From NCBI GenBank assembly GCA_964404025.1, contig CAYOIJ010000003.1, positions 10,727 through 74,726 on the forward strand: a DNA stretch of 64,000 nt. Direction: 5' to 3'. Made by a program: the position numbers and the translations under genes. The notes under the pieces are model-generated. The model was not told the origin of the DNA. It was given only the letters and a program-made list of their open reading frames with translations, and searched no databases. The stretch is from an uncultured Pseudomonadales bacterium (GTDB lineage Bacteria > Patescibacteriota > Microgenomatia > UBA1400 > PJMF01). Shown in pieces: positions 40,559 through 50,243 of this stretch (positions within the stretch are counted from its first letter, which is position 1; every line of letters starts with the position of its first letter).

Positions 40559-42463
40559 TTATCTGAAACGAATATAGATCCGTCTAATTCCTTGAGCTAT
40601 AGCCTGTTCTTTAAAAATTTCCAATTCTCCAAGACGAGCTATTTGCGAGGTGTGCTCGACGTGAGGTCCGCCACAAAGCTCCTTTGATATCCAATTTTGC
40701 TTATCACCAATAGTATAAACTTTTACTTTTTGTGGATAACGTTCAGCAAAAAAAGCAATTGCACCAGACGCTAGAGCCTCTTCTTTAGACATTGTTTCGC
40801 TAGACACCTGCAGATCATCTTCAAGCCACTGATTTAATAATTTTTCTATTGATTTGAGTTGCTCATCACTAAGTGATTGATGATAACTAAAGTCGAAACG
40901 AAGGCGATCACTACTAATGTTCGAGCCTTTTTGCTGTACTTCATTACCCAAAATTTTTCTTAGAGCAGCTTGCAGCAGGTGAGTAGCTGTATGAAAAGCA
41001 GTGGTTTTGGCATCTTGATCAGCCAAACCTCCTTTGAATTTTTTCTGAGTAGTCTGCCGAGATAATTGCGCATGTTGGCTGCGTTTTTCAACAATTTTAT
41101 TTTCAATTTGATCTTCAAGTGCAATATTCCTTGAATTAGCCTCTTCAATGGATAATTCAAAAGGAAAGCCATAGCTCTCATACAGTCTAAAGGCTAGTTC
41201 AGCTGTTAATTGATCTTTATTTGCTATTAAACGATTAAACTCTTTTAAACCTCTGATCAAAGTTCTATTGAATTTTTGCTCTTCAGTTCTTAAAACATTG
41301 CTAATCAAATCTTTTTTCTTTAATAAGTCAGGATAAAAATCTTGATAAAGTGCCAATATGTCTGGCACGATTTCCGTCACAAAATTTTCTTTTAAATCTA
41401 GATGTCGAGCCTGCCTCAAAGATCGTCTAACTAAACGACGTAACAAATAGCCTTGTTCTTTATTGCTAGGCAAAACTCCATCACCAATTAACATCACGCT
41501 GGCACGAATATGATCAGCAATAATACGAAAAGCCGGCTTATACTGTGAATTTTGATATTCTTTAGCACTCAATTTAACTAGTTTATTAATAATGTTTGAA
41601 AAAGCACTGGTTTGAAAAATATCTACCTGGTTTTCTACTGCTGCTAATAATCGCTCTAAGCCTCCACCAAAATCAATATTTTTTTGCTCTAATTCTTTAA
41701 AACCGTCTTGATCACGCTGATATTGCATAAATACACTGTTACCGATTTCTAGGAAACGACCACAGTCACAATTAATGTGGCAAGGCTGACTGGCAAACTT
41801 AGAATGTTGGTGGATGTCAACATTAGACTCAGAATCAGTGAAATCATAGAAAACCTCACTGTCTGGCCCACCCAATTCACCAATAGGCATTTTGGATGGT
41901 GCACCAGACCTTGACCACCAATTTTTCTCTTCATCATAGAAAAATATTCGACCTCCTTGTAGTCCCAATTGAGGCCTATCAATAATTTTAGCTTCAACAC
42001 CTCTCTCTTGGAATAATTTTTGCCAAATGTTTGCTGATTCATTGTCTTTGGGAATATTAAGTTCTTTCTTGCCTGCAAAAACTGATACATAAAGACGCTC
42101 TGGCTTTAGCTTGAGAACATCAACTAAAAATTCAAAACAAAAATTAATTTGCTCTTTTTTAAAGTAGTCACCAAACGACCAATTGCCCAACATTTCAAAA
42201 AAAGTTGTATGACGATTGTCACCCACTTCTTCAATATCTTCACTGCGAAAACATTTTTGTGAATTAACTATTTTTTTACCAAGAGGATGATTTTGGCCAA
42301 AAAAATAAGGAATCATTGCTTGCATACCAGCACTGGTAAATAAGGTCGTCGGATCATTTTCTGGCACTAAACTTGCTGAAGGTACAATAACGTGACCCTT
42401 AGCAATAAAAAAATCTAAGTATAAGCGACGTAAACTAGATAAGGTTAAAGAAGAATGAGACAT
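40559..42463 (-). CDS. alaS: alanine--tRNA ligase lacking the C-Ala domain
   Basis: TLFTSAGMQ, HTTFFEMLGNWSFGDYFK; editing motifs HTATH and ELCGGPH; ends at GIRRIYIRFR. Confidence 0.96.
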   Translation of the reverse strand: MSHSSLTLSSLRRLYLDFFIAKGHVIVPSASLVPENDPTTLFTSAGMQAMIPYFFGQNHPLGKKIVNSQKCFRSEDIEEVGDNRHTTFFEMLGNWSFGDYFKKEQINFCFEFLVDVLKLKPERLYVSVFAGKKELNIPKDNESANIWQKLFQERGVEAKIIDRPQLGLQGGRIFFYDEEKNWWSRSGAPSKMPIGELGGPDSEVFYDFTDSESNVDIHQHSKFASQPCHINCDCGRFLEIGNSVFMQYQRDQDGFKELEQKNIDFGGGLERLLAAVENQVDIFQTSAFSNIINKLVKLSAKEYQNSQYKPAFRIIADHIRASVMLIGDGVLPSNKEQGYLLRRLVRRSLRQARHLDLKENFVTEIVPDILALYQDFYPDLLKKKDLISNVLRTEEQKFNRTLIRGLKEFNRLIANKDQLTAELAFRLYESYGFPFELSIEEANSRNIALEDQIENKIVEKRSQHAQLSRQTTQKKFKGGLADQDAKTTAFHTATHLLQAALRKILGNEVQQKGSNISSDRLRFDFSYHQSLSDEQLKSIEKLLNQWLEDDLQVSSETMSKEEALASGAIAFFAERYPQKVKVYTIGDKQNWISKELCGGPHVEHTSQIARLGELEIFKEQAIAQGIRRIYIRFR

Positions 42464-42485
42464 TAAATTATTATAACAGCCAAAA

Positions 42486-42842
42486 CTAAATACCTTTAAA
42501 TTGATTCTTTTTTTCTTGTCTTCGTAAACGCTTGCGTGTTTTTTCTTTATTCTTTGATCTCTCTAGCTTTGATAAAACTAAAGATAAATTATTCTTAAAT
42601 TCAAATAGAGAGTTCTTAAGTTGTGAGTAATATCTATCTTTTACTTCTTCTAAAGATAGGTTTGGATTATCAATCAAATTTTTTTTATATAAATCAAGAC
42701 GAGCAGCTTCCCAATCTTTCGCTAACTTTTTCCAGGTTTTCTGGCCTTGTTCACTAGAAAAATAAGTAATGACACTACCTAAAGAAAACCCTATAGCTAA
42801 ACCCGATAAAAAGCCATTAGCTTGCTGCTTATCTTCTGTCAT
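42486..42842 (-). CDS. YtxH-like membrane-anchored protein
   Basis: N-terminal GFLSGLAIGFSLGSV...SSEQGQKTWKKL pattern; paired with the upstream DUF948-like gene. Confidence 0.55.
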   Translation of the reverse strand: MTEDKQQANGFLSGLAIGFSLGSVITYFSSEQGQKTWKKLAKDWEAARLDLYKKNLIDNPNLSLEEVKDRYYSQLKNSLFEFKNNLSLVLSKLERSKNKEKTRKRLRRQEKKNQFKGI

Positions 42843-42845
42843 TTT

Positions 42846-43181
42846 TTATTTTTTCTTTTTGCTTAATGGGCTTTGATCCTGTTTTTTTGAATCGTCCTCA
42901 CGATGACGATTTAACCAAGCCATAAAACCTTCGGTTACTTTTAAACCAGCAGTAAAATTAGTAATAAAAGCACTTAAACTATGAAAAGGATTAAGGATGC
43001 CTTCAATTTTGTTTTGAGTTGTATCAACTACTTGATTGGCTTTATCAATAACTTGATTAAATTTTTGTAAAGAATGCTTGATCTGACTCAAAACCATAAT
43101 TAGCTTGATAGCTAATATAACTAGTACCACAGTTAAACTAGCAACAGAAATAGTTAGAACTAAGGGTAAAATCTCTGACAT
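42846..43181 (-). CDS. DUF948/YoxC-like membrane protein
   Basis: N-terminal TM followed by a coiled coil; ytxG-ytxH-like pairing. Confidence 0.55.
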   Translation of the reverse strand: MSEILPLVLTISVASLTVVLVILAIKLIMVLSQIKHSLQKFNQVIDKANQVVDTTQNKIEGILNPFHSLSAFITNFTAGLKVTEGFMAWLNRHREDDSKKQDQSPLSKKKK

Positions 43182-43250
43182 AATTGGCTTTCTTGTTAAT
43201 TAAGATCATTCTACGACAAGGAGGGCCAATTTGCCAGTTGTGCTAAAAAT

Positions 43251-43907
43251 TTAATAATCAATCTGAATGGTTCGCTGAACGACACTTGTTTTACCTCGCT
43301 CATCAGTCGCTTTAATTGTAATAGTGGTCGGTCCTTCAATATCATAATAAAGCTCGGTGTTAAAAAAACCACCCGCCTGCAATGCTACAGGCTGTGCATT
43401 TACTAAAACACTGGCATTCATTATTGTTTGGCCTTCAACTACTACTCTGGCTGCGCTAATATCACCATCTTTTGGTTGGAACACTTCTAGACGCGGTGGC
43501 CTGCTTAAAGAATACCATTGCCAGGCCGCATAAGTTAAAAAAATTAAAAAAACACTGCTAATAAACAGGATGGTTAAACGCACCGGAGAAAATAAATTTG
43601 TTTTCTTAAAAGAATCGCGTAGAAATTCTCTGGGCAATAGGCGCCCCTTAGCACTTTCTTGGTAATCTCTGCGCAAGATCGCTAATAAAGGTCTTGGATT
43701 AACTCCAAGTAATTTAGCATAATTGCTAATGTAGGCTTTGGCATAACTAGCATTTGGTAAAATAGCAAAATCATTTTTTTCAATTGCCTGAAGATAACTC
43801 AGCTTGATAAAAGTGCTGTCCGCAATATCTTTCAACTCTAAACCAGCTGCTTTTCGATGTTTAATCAACAAATCACCTACAGTTTGCGTTTTAATCGTTT
43901 GACTCAT
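43251..43907 (-). CDS. RodZ-like HTH membrane protein with Ig-like C-terminus
   Basis: VGDLLIKHR...YLQAIEKNDFAILP..YAKAYISNYAKLLG HTH, then a TM; start moved to ATG 43907. Confidence 0.8.
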   Translation of the reverse strand: MSQTIKTQTVGDLLIKHRKAAGLELKDIADSTFIKLSYLQAIEKNDFAILPNASYAKAYISNYAKLLGVNPRPLLAILRRDYQESAKGRLLPREFLRDSFKKTNLFSPVRLTILFISSVFLIFLTYAAWQWYSLSRPPRLEVFQPKDGDISAARVVVEGQTIMNASVLVNAQPVALQAGGFFNTELYYDIEGPTTITIKATDERGKTSVVQRTIQIDY

Positions 43908-43952
43908 TAGGCCAATTCTAGAAAGAATTCTCAATCAAAGCAAGTTCTAAAC

Positions 43953-44387
43953 TCAATTTTTTAAAGTTTTTTTGAGTACAGCCGCAATTCGAGATCCATC
44001 AGCTTGAGCAGCTAATTTTTTAGTTATTTGACCCATTAAAGGACCAAAATCCTTTACGCTGCTTTCAGCAATGAACTCTTCAATAAATTTTTCCAAATCT
44101 TCATCACTCATTTGTTTGGGTAAATAACTTTCCAAAGCCTTAATTTTACTCTCAGTCTCACTAATTAAATCTTGACGATCAGCCTTTTTAAAATCTTCAA
44201 GCGCATCTAGTTGCTGATTGAGCATTTTTTTAATTATTTTCTGTACTGTTAAATCATCAGCCACTCCATGATCAATTTCAAAATTTTTAATTTCACTACG
44301 AATTAAGCGAATAATCCCTAGACGATCGGCATCTTTAGCCCTCATAGCTGTTTTCATCTCTTCCATCAATTGTTCTTGCAGTGTCAT
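43953..44387 (-). CDS. GatB/YqeY domain protein
   Basis: MKTAMRAKD, YLPKQMS, KDFGPLMG, ADG. Confidence 0.92.
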   Translation of the reverse strand: MTLQEQLMEEMKTAMRAKDADRLGIIRLIRSEIKNFEIDHGVADDLTVQKIIKKMLNQQLDALEDFKKADRQDLISETESKIKALESYLPKQMSDEDLEKFIEEFIAESSVKDFGPLMGQITKKLAAQADGSRIAAVLKKTLKN

Positions 44388-44404
44388 AAATTCCTTTTTT
44401 TAAT

Positions 44405-44481
44405 TGGTGGACAATACTGGACTCGAACCAGTGACCTCACGAATGTGAATCGTGCGCTCTAACCAGCTGAGCTAATTGTCC
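44405..44481 (-). tRNA. tRNA-Val(CAC)
   Basis: - strand GGACAATTAGCTCAGCTGGTTAGAGCGCACGATTCACATTCGTGAGGTCACTGGTTCGAGTCCAGTATTGTCCACCA. Confidence 0.95.
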
Positions 44482-44571
44482 TTTACTGGCAGCCTGTATT
44501 ATAAAACAAAGCCTGACTTTTTAAAAAAGCAAAGTCAATTTTCTGTCAATTCGAAATTTTACAATGCTTTA

Positions 44572-45249
44572 GTGAAAAATTTTTCATTTTTTCATTGTTG
44601 GCAAGCTTATCTCTTACCAGATTTTTGCCAACATTGCCAAAAACTGGGCCCCATGCTTTGTGAAAGTTGTTATCAATTGATAGAGTTTTTTTGGCAAGAA
44701 GATTTTGGGCCGTTTTTTAGTAAAAATTTTGAAAAAGTTTATTTTAATCAAATAAGAGTAATGGCTCGTTTTAAAACTCCAATCAGCTCACTAATTAAAT
44801 CATTAAAATATCAACACCACAGTCGGGCCAGTAAATTCTTAGCTCAAATGTTATTTTTTCATCTTAATATCAATTATGAGAAGTTTGATTTAATCACTTT
44901 TATCCCTATTCACAGCCAAAAAATTAAAAAACGAGGATATAATCAAAGCCAGCTTATTGCTGAAGAATTAGCTCTGTGGACTAAAAAGCCCTGTCTTGGT
45001 CTGTTAAAAAAAACCATCAACAACAAGGCTCAGGCACAAATTAGCGATAAACAAGAGCGCTTGCAACGACTCAAGAAAACTTTTAAAATTTCTCATTCTT
45101 ATTCTCACCAACAATCCTTAAAAGATAAAAGAATTTTATTAATCGATGATGTTATTACTACTGGTGCCACCATAAATAGTGCGAGTAGCGTATTAAAAAA
45201 ACACGGAGCAAACTTTGTTTCAGTCTTAACTTTGGCAGCTAATCTATAA
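44572..45249 (+). CDS. comF: ComF-family phosphoribosyltransferase-like competence protein
   Basis: CQHC/CESC Zn motif, RGYNQS, LLIDDVITTGAT; track start 44476 overlaps tRNA-Val, so GTG 44572 is preferred. Confidence 0.88.
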   Translation: MKNFSFFHCWQAYLLPDFCQHCQKLGPMLCESCYQLIEFFWQEDFGPFFSKNFEKVYFNQIRVMARFKTPISSLIKSLKYQHHSRASKFLAQMLFFHLNINYEKFDLITFIPIHSQKIKKRGYNQSQLIAEELALWTKKPCLGLLKKTINNKAQAQISDKQERLQRLKKTFKISHSYSHQQSLKDKRILLIDDVITTGATINSASSVLKKHGANFVSVLTLAANL

Positions 45250-45270
45250 ATTAAAACAGATTGCTGAATA

Positions 45271-45299
45271 TTGATTTTCTCGAGTATAAATGCTATAAT
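45271..45299 (+). promoter_or_regulatory. tmRNA promoter
   Basis: TTGATT-17 nt-TATAAT with extended TG. Confidence 0.75.
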
Positions 45300-45315
45300 A
45301 ACTTGTTCATTAACA

Positions 45316-45717
45316 GGGGATGTATTGTATTGACGTCAGTCAACTTTAATCATAGCAGATCATCTTTGGTGAAAAGATGTTAAAAAACACTAAAAAATAA
45401 CTGTCAAAAACAGTTTTAAAACAGCAGTTAATAAAGTCGCCAGTCTTTTTGACTTCGGCTTCGTAGCTGCTCCTGCTTTTGCTTAATTGTAAAAGTAGGC
45501 ATCTAGTGTTGAACTCTTATCGACGGTTCACATTAGGTGAAAACCTAGTCGATTAACAGAAATAAAGAATCAGGTCGCTTTGTTTCTAAGAATTAGGCCT
45601 GGATGAAGCAAAAAAAGTTTGTCTATTCACTTCTTGCTTCAAATCAAAAATAAACTAAATCTGTAGACATCGTTAAAGTCAGATTAGCGGACGCGGGAGC
45701 AAAACCCGCCATCTCCA
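45316..45717 (+). ncRNA. ssrA: tmRNA (one-piece)
   Basis: GGGGATG/CATCTCC-A acceptor stem with G3:U70, GAC motifs near both ends, GCGGG/CCCGC T-stem, ATAACT resume context and a tag ORF at 45403-45486 ending ...APAFA*. Confidence 0.92.
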
Positions 45718-45745
45718 CAAAAATAAATATTTATCTGAAAATTAG

Positions 45746-46231
45746 TTAGTTTTTGAATTTAAGGCTTAGACCTAAGCCAAGCGCTAATATCCCTAAAGCA
45801 AAAATTATAATTGTATTCTCTAGAGCACCTGATTCTGGCAGAGTTGTTTTCGCAGAGGGGGTACTCATGCTAGCCACTTCTGACACATTCACGACTAAAT
45901 CTAGTGATTCGCCAGCAGAACTAACTACCAAATTATTGTTCCCGTAAGCAACATCGCTAAAATTAACCCCCCAACTACCCAAAGAATCAGCGGCAGTATT
46001 ATTGTTCAAATCCCCAAGCGCTACTCGCACCTCAGCTGAAGGAGAAGCAGTTCCTCTGACGGTAAAGCTTGTTAGGGTAGTATCATAAGTTTTCACTGTA
46101 GATCCCAAACCCACAATTGAATCGTTACCTCCTATGGCATCAATCGTAAGAGCGCTGGCAAACACTGGTTTAATCAAAACAAGAGATAAAAACAAAAAAA
46201 ATAATAGGGCAATTTTTGTGATTTTTTTCAT
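45746..46231 (-). CDS. secreted Ig-like protein with LPESG sortase sorting signal
   Basis: Signal peptide (VFA|S), beta-rich domain, LPESG + TM + KFKN. Confidence 0.8.
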   Translation of the reverse strand: MKKITKIALLFFLFLSLVLIKPVFASALTIDAIGGNDSIVGLGSTVKTYDTTLTSFTVRGTASPSAEVRVALGDLNNNTAADSLGSWGVNFSDVAYGNNNLVVSSAGESLDLVVNVSEVASMSTPSAKTTLPESGALENTIIIFALGILALGLGLSLKFKN

Positions 46232-46298
46232 ACAGTCTTTAGCTTAACATCTTTTTAAATACAAAATCAATTGTTTTGAGTATTTTCAATTTTTATTA

Positions 46299-48488
46299 TT
46301 AGAAACTTTTTGTACCTAAATACTCCTGTATTTTGGCTCTAAAAACCTCTCTGGCTTTACTGCCCTGAGCAGGACCCACAAAACCAGCTTCTTCTAATTG
46401 GTCTAAAATACGAGCTGCTCGAGCATAACCTACAGATAAATGACGTTGAATAGCACTAGAAGAAGCACTGTCACTAGTACTAAATAACTGCGCTGCTTCA
46501 TCAAATCGTTCATCTCGATCAGCTTCTCCTTCTACACTAACGCTAACCGTGCCGCCAACTCTGCTAACCTGATATTTATTAGTAATTTCCTCCTCATAAT
46601 TTGGTTTTTTACCTCTAGACTTAAGAAAATCAATCAATTGATCAATTTCTTTAGCATCAACATAAGTGCCTTGAATACGCATTGGTTTAGCTCGATCGGG
46701 AGATAAATAAAGCATGTCTCCTTTACCCAAAAGCTTTTCTGCTCCAGGGGTGTCTAAAATTACTCGACTATCGGTCACACTAGAAACATTAAAAGCAATT
46801 CTGGTGGGCATATTAGCTTTAATTAGACCAGTGATCACATCAACAGAAGGTCGCTGAGTAGCTAAAACCAGATGAATTCCCACTGCTCTAGCCATTTGAG
46901 CAATCCTGGTAACATTATCCTCCACCTCTTTGGGAGCAAAAAGCATAATGTCTGCCATTTCATCAATAACAATCACAATATTTGGCATAGTAGCCAAACC
47001 AGCTAATTCATTGTAATCTTGAATGCTTCTGACTCCCACATCTTCAAGCATTTTATAACGCTTGGACATTAGCTCCGAAGCCCACTTAAGAGCTGATACC
47101 ACTTTGTCGGGATCAACTATAACTGGCGTTAATAAATGAGGAATGTCCTTGTATTTGGTTAGCTCTACGCGCTTAGGATCAACCAAAATTAGCTTTACTT
47201 CTTCTGGTGTAGCACGGAATAAAATAGAACACAAAAATGAGTTAACACAAACAGACTTGCCTGAACCAGTGGCCCCAGCAATGAGTAAATGAGGCATTTC
47301 AGCAATATCTGCCACAATTGGTTTACCCGCTACATCAACTCCTAAACTAACTGCTAGTTTTGAGGGATGTTTTTTCACCACCGGTGAAGATAACATTGTT
47401 TTTAGGGGCACAATTTCAGCACTATGATTAGGCACCTCCACCCCAACTAGATTACGACCAGGAATTGGCGCTTCAATTCTTACTTGTCCGGTAGGTGCTG
47501 CTAGAGCTAAGGCTAAATCAGTTGATAGAGCCGTAATTTTTGATAAACGAGTTCCCTTACTAATGTCTAAGGCATACTGAGTAACTGCTGGACCGGGGTT
47601 ATATTCTGCAACCTTGGCATTAATACCAAAAGAATCTAGAGTATTTTCAATAACTTGAGCATTTGCCTTAACATCCCCACGATCGGCTTTTGCTCCTCTC
47701 TCCACAGACAATAAAGACAAGGGAGGATAATCCCAAACCATTGGTAGAGATGAAGCATTGAGGGCTTCTTCTCCTTCCAAACCACCTGAAGGATTTTTAG
47801 CAAGCTGACTTTCTGCTTTAGTCAAAACAGCAGTACTGCTAGTTTGATCAAGCTCTATTTCTTCATTAAAATCCGCTCCTTTTTTGAGGGTTTTCTTGCC
47901 AAAAGCTAATTTAGGAATTGAAAAGTGGCGAGATTTTTTTATTTCCCTATCAGTTACATCCTCATCAACTGACTTAAGACCTTTTTTGGCTAATTTTGCT
48001 TTGCGACGGCTAGCAAACACTTTACTTAAACCATTAACTAAATCGCTTAAAGAACTCTGGGAAAGAATCAAAAAACCAATCAGAGCTAAAGAAGAAAAGA
48101 CTATGTAAGCGCCTATCACGCTAATTAATCTTGATAAATTATTGAAAATATTAATTCCAATTTCGCCAGAACGAGATACGCCCATCACCCCAATCATCAT
48201 TAAAATCACTCCAAGTAAAATTGTTGGCTTAGACCAAGCATGCTTACTACGAATCATCACCAAGCCTGAAGCAATAAAAACAAATGGTAAAAATAACATG
48301 GATAAACCAAGTTTATTTGCTAAAAAATTGTTAAGAGCTATTAGCCACTGTCCTTGCCCACTAAAAGAAACCAAGACCAAACCACCAAACATAATTAGCA
48401 AAACTGCTATTATCGAATAGGTGGTATCAGCTCGCATTTTTAAACGAATTGCTTTACGCTTTTTGCGACGAGACTTTCTTTTTGCCAT
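46299..48488 (-). CDS. ftsK: DNA translocase FtsK/SpoIIIE
   Basis: 4TM N-domain, PHLLIAGATGSGKS, VIDEMAD, LATQRPS, gamma domain; start moved to ATG 48488. Confidence 0.96.
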   Translation of the reverse strand: MAKRKSRRKKRKAIRLKMRADTTYSIIAVLLIMFGGLVLVSFSGQGQWLIALNNFLANKLGLSMLFLPFVFIASGLVMIRSKHAWSKPTILLGVILMMIGVMGVSRSGEIGINIFNNLSRLISVIGAYIVFSSLALIGFLILSQSSLSDLVNGLSKVFASRRKAKLAKKGLKSVDEDVTDREIKKSRHFSIPKLAFGKKTLKKGADFNEEIELDQTSSTAVLTKAESQLAKNPSGGLEGEEALNASSLPMVWDYPPLSLLSVERGAKADRGDVKANAQVIENTLDSFGINAKVAEYNPGPAVTQYALDISKGTRLSKITALSTDLALALAAPTGQVRIEAPIPGRNLVGVEVPNHSAEIVPLKTMLSSPVVKKHPSKLAVSLGVDVAGKPIVADIAEMPHLLIAGATGSGKSVCVNSFLCSILFRATPEEVKLILVDPKRVELTKYKDIPHLLTPVIVDPDKVVSALKWASELMSKRYKMLEDVGVRSIQDYNELAGLATMPNIVIVIDEMADIMLFAPKEVEDNVTRIAQMARAVGIHLVLATQRPSVDVITGLIKANMPTRIAFNVSSVTDSRVILDTPGAEKLLGKGDMLYLSPDRAKPMRIQGTYVDAKEIDQLIDFLKSRGKKPNYEEEITNKYQVSRVGGTVSVSVEGEADRDERFDEAAQLFSTSDSASSSAIQRHLSVGYARAARILDQLEEAGFVGPAQGSKAREVFRAKIQEYLGTKSF

Positions 48489-48576
48489 ATTTTGATCAAA
48501 ATAGTTAACTATATTTAAAAGCAAAACTCTTGAAACTGCAAGCAGCAAGGCTAAAAAAGCAATAATTTAGATACAA

Positions 48577-50241
48577 CTAAAAATCCCAAATTACCGGCAA
48601 AATCATAGGTTCACGACGAATAATTTTGAATAGACGACGAGCTAAACGCTTTTCTAAATGGTGTTTTAATTCTTCGTCTTTAACATTTCTTCCCAACCCC
48701 TTAATGATGGTTACCGTTTCTTTTTCAATATATTTAATTACTTCATCAGCTTCTTTCATAAAAACAAAACCTCGTGAAATAACCTGCATTTTATTGAAAT
48801 CAAACCGTCTTTTAAATCTTGGCAACAATAAAACAATAATTCCAGCTTTAGATAAATTTAAACGATCAGATAAAACCACTGGCCCAACATCACCTATGCC
48901 AAAACCATCAATAGTTTTTGCAGATAGGGATATTTCTCGAGCAACTGATGCACCTTTTTGATCAATTTGTAAAATTTCTCCACTCTTGGGTATTAAAATT
49001 TGCCAATCTTTATAACCTAAGGGTCTAGCCACCGTTTTTTTGAATAAAGTGCGATGACGATCAGCACCTCCAATCGGCATAGTTAATTTAGGCTTGAGTA
49101 GTTTCAACATTACTTCTTGCTCACCACGACTAGCATGGCCAGAGCGATGAATATCTGGACGAATATCCGGATAAACAACCTCTACATCATCAGCTGCTAA
49201 TTGATCTATAGCTGCGTAATAGGGAATTTCATTGCCTGGAATCACATCTGCTGAAAAAATAACTTTATCTTGATTGGTGATTTGCACTATTTGATGATCA
49301 CCATAAACAGCTCTAACTAGAGAAGAGCCCTCTTGTCCCTGACTGCCAGCAATAATTATACAAAGCTTGTCATCTGCTAATTGGTTAATTTTTTTCTTAT
49401 CTAAAAGTAAGCCTTTGGGAATGTTCAAGCTTTTGGATTGAGTGGCACTTCTTACATTTTGCTCTACACTTCGACCTACAAAAACAACCTTTCGGCCTAA
49501 TTTAATACAAGCATCAAGTGTTTGTTGAATACGATGCAAATGAGAACTCATTAAAGTGACTAAGATTTTTCCCTTAACATCTTTCATTTCCCTAAGCAAA
49601 GCAGGACCAACCGTTGATTCAGATGGAGTCCAATCGTCTCTTTCTACCCTTAGACAATCTAAAGAGGCCATTAACAAATCTCCATCTTGACCAATTTTTT
49701 CTATGAAATCCATATCACTAAGTCGTCCGTCAACGGGATGTTTATCTAATTTAAAATCACTACCATGATAAATTTTACCTACAGGAGTCTCTAGTAAAAT
49801 ATGTTTTGAGTCAGGCACTGAATGAGTAACAGCAATTAATTGAAATTTAAAAAATTGACTTAAATTTAATTGTTGTCGATCATTTAAAACTTGAATTTTT
49901 CTATCAAGTTTTTTATCTAATAAGCGATCATGAGCAAATTGAGCTGTCAGTGGTGAAGCATAAATAGGAAAATCCGGTAAATTTGGTAATAAATAAGGCA
50001 AAGCCCCAATGTGATCATCATGACCATGACTCAAAATCATACCAACTATTTTTGCTCCTGATTCTAGTTGATTTAACAAATAACTTATATCTGGAATGAG
50101 AGCATCGACTCCGGGCATATACATGTCAGGAAAACCAATGCCACAATCGATTAATAAAATTTCCTGTTGATACTGGTATAAATAAAGATTTTGGGTAACT
50201 CGACCCATACCTCCTAAAGCTAAAAAGTTAAGTTTTGACAT
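48577..50241 (-). CDS. rnj: ribonuclease J
   Basis: HGHDDHIG, HSVPD, GSQG, IPGNE, HRSGHA. Confidence 0.93.
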   Translation of the reverse strand: MSKLNFLALGGMGRVTQNLYLYQYQQEILLIDCGIGFPDMYMPGVDALIPDISYLLNQLESGAKIVGMILSHGHDDHIGALPYLLPNLPDFPIYASPLTAQFAHDRLLDKKLDRKIQVLNDRQQLNLSQFFKFQLIAVTHSVPDSKHILLETPVGKIYHGSDFKLDKHPVDGRLSDMDFIEKIGQDGDLLMASLDCLRVERDDWTPSESTVGPALLREMKDVKGKILVTLMSSHLHRIQQTLDACIKLGRKVVFVGRSVEQNVRSATQSKSLNIPKGLLLDKKKINQLADDKLCIIIAGSQGQEGSSLVRAVYGDHQIVQITNQDKVIFSADVIPGNEIPYYAAIDQLAADDVEVVYPDIRPDIHRSGHASRGEQEVMLKLLKPKLTMPIGGADRHRTLFKKTVARPLGYKDWQILIPKSGEILQIDQKGASVAREISLSAKTIDGFGIGDVGPVVLSDRLNLSKAGIIVLLLPRFKRRFDFNKMQVISRGFVFMKEADEVIKYIEKETVTIIKGLGRNVKDEELKHHLEKRLARRLFKIIRREPMILPVIWDF

Positions 50242-50243
50242 AT

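Noticed and set aside
44476-44571. ORF-track start of comF
   Set aside because: Overlaps tRNA-Val and its promoter; GTG 44572 sits 6 nt after TACAAT
44405-45745. Integrated element at tRNA-Val or tmRNA (also checked tRNA-Arg)
   Set aside because: No integrase, no duplicated 3' end (att) noticed and no obvious compositional shift
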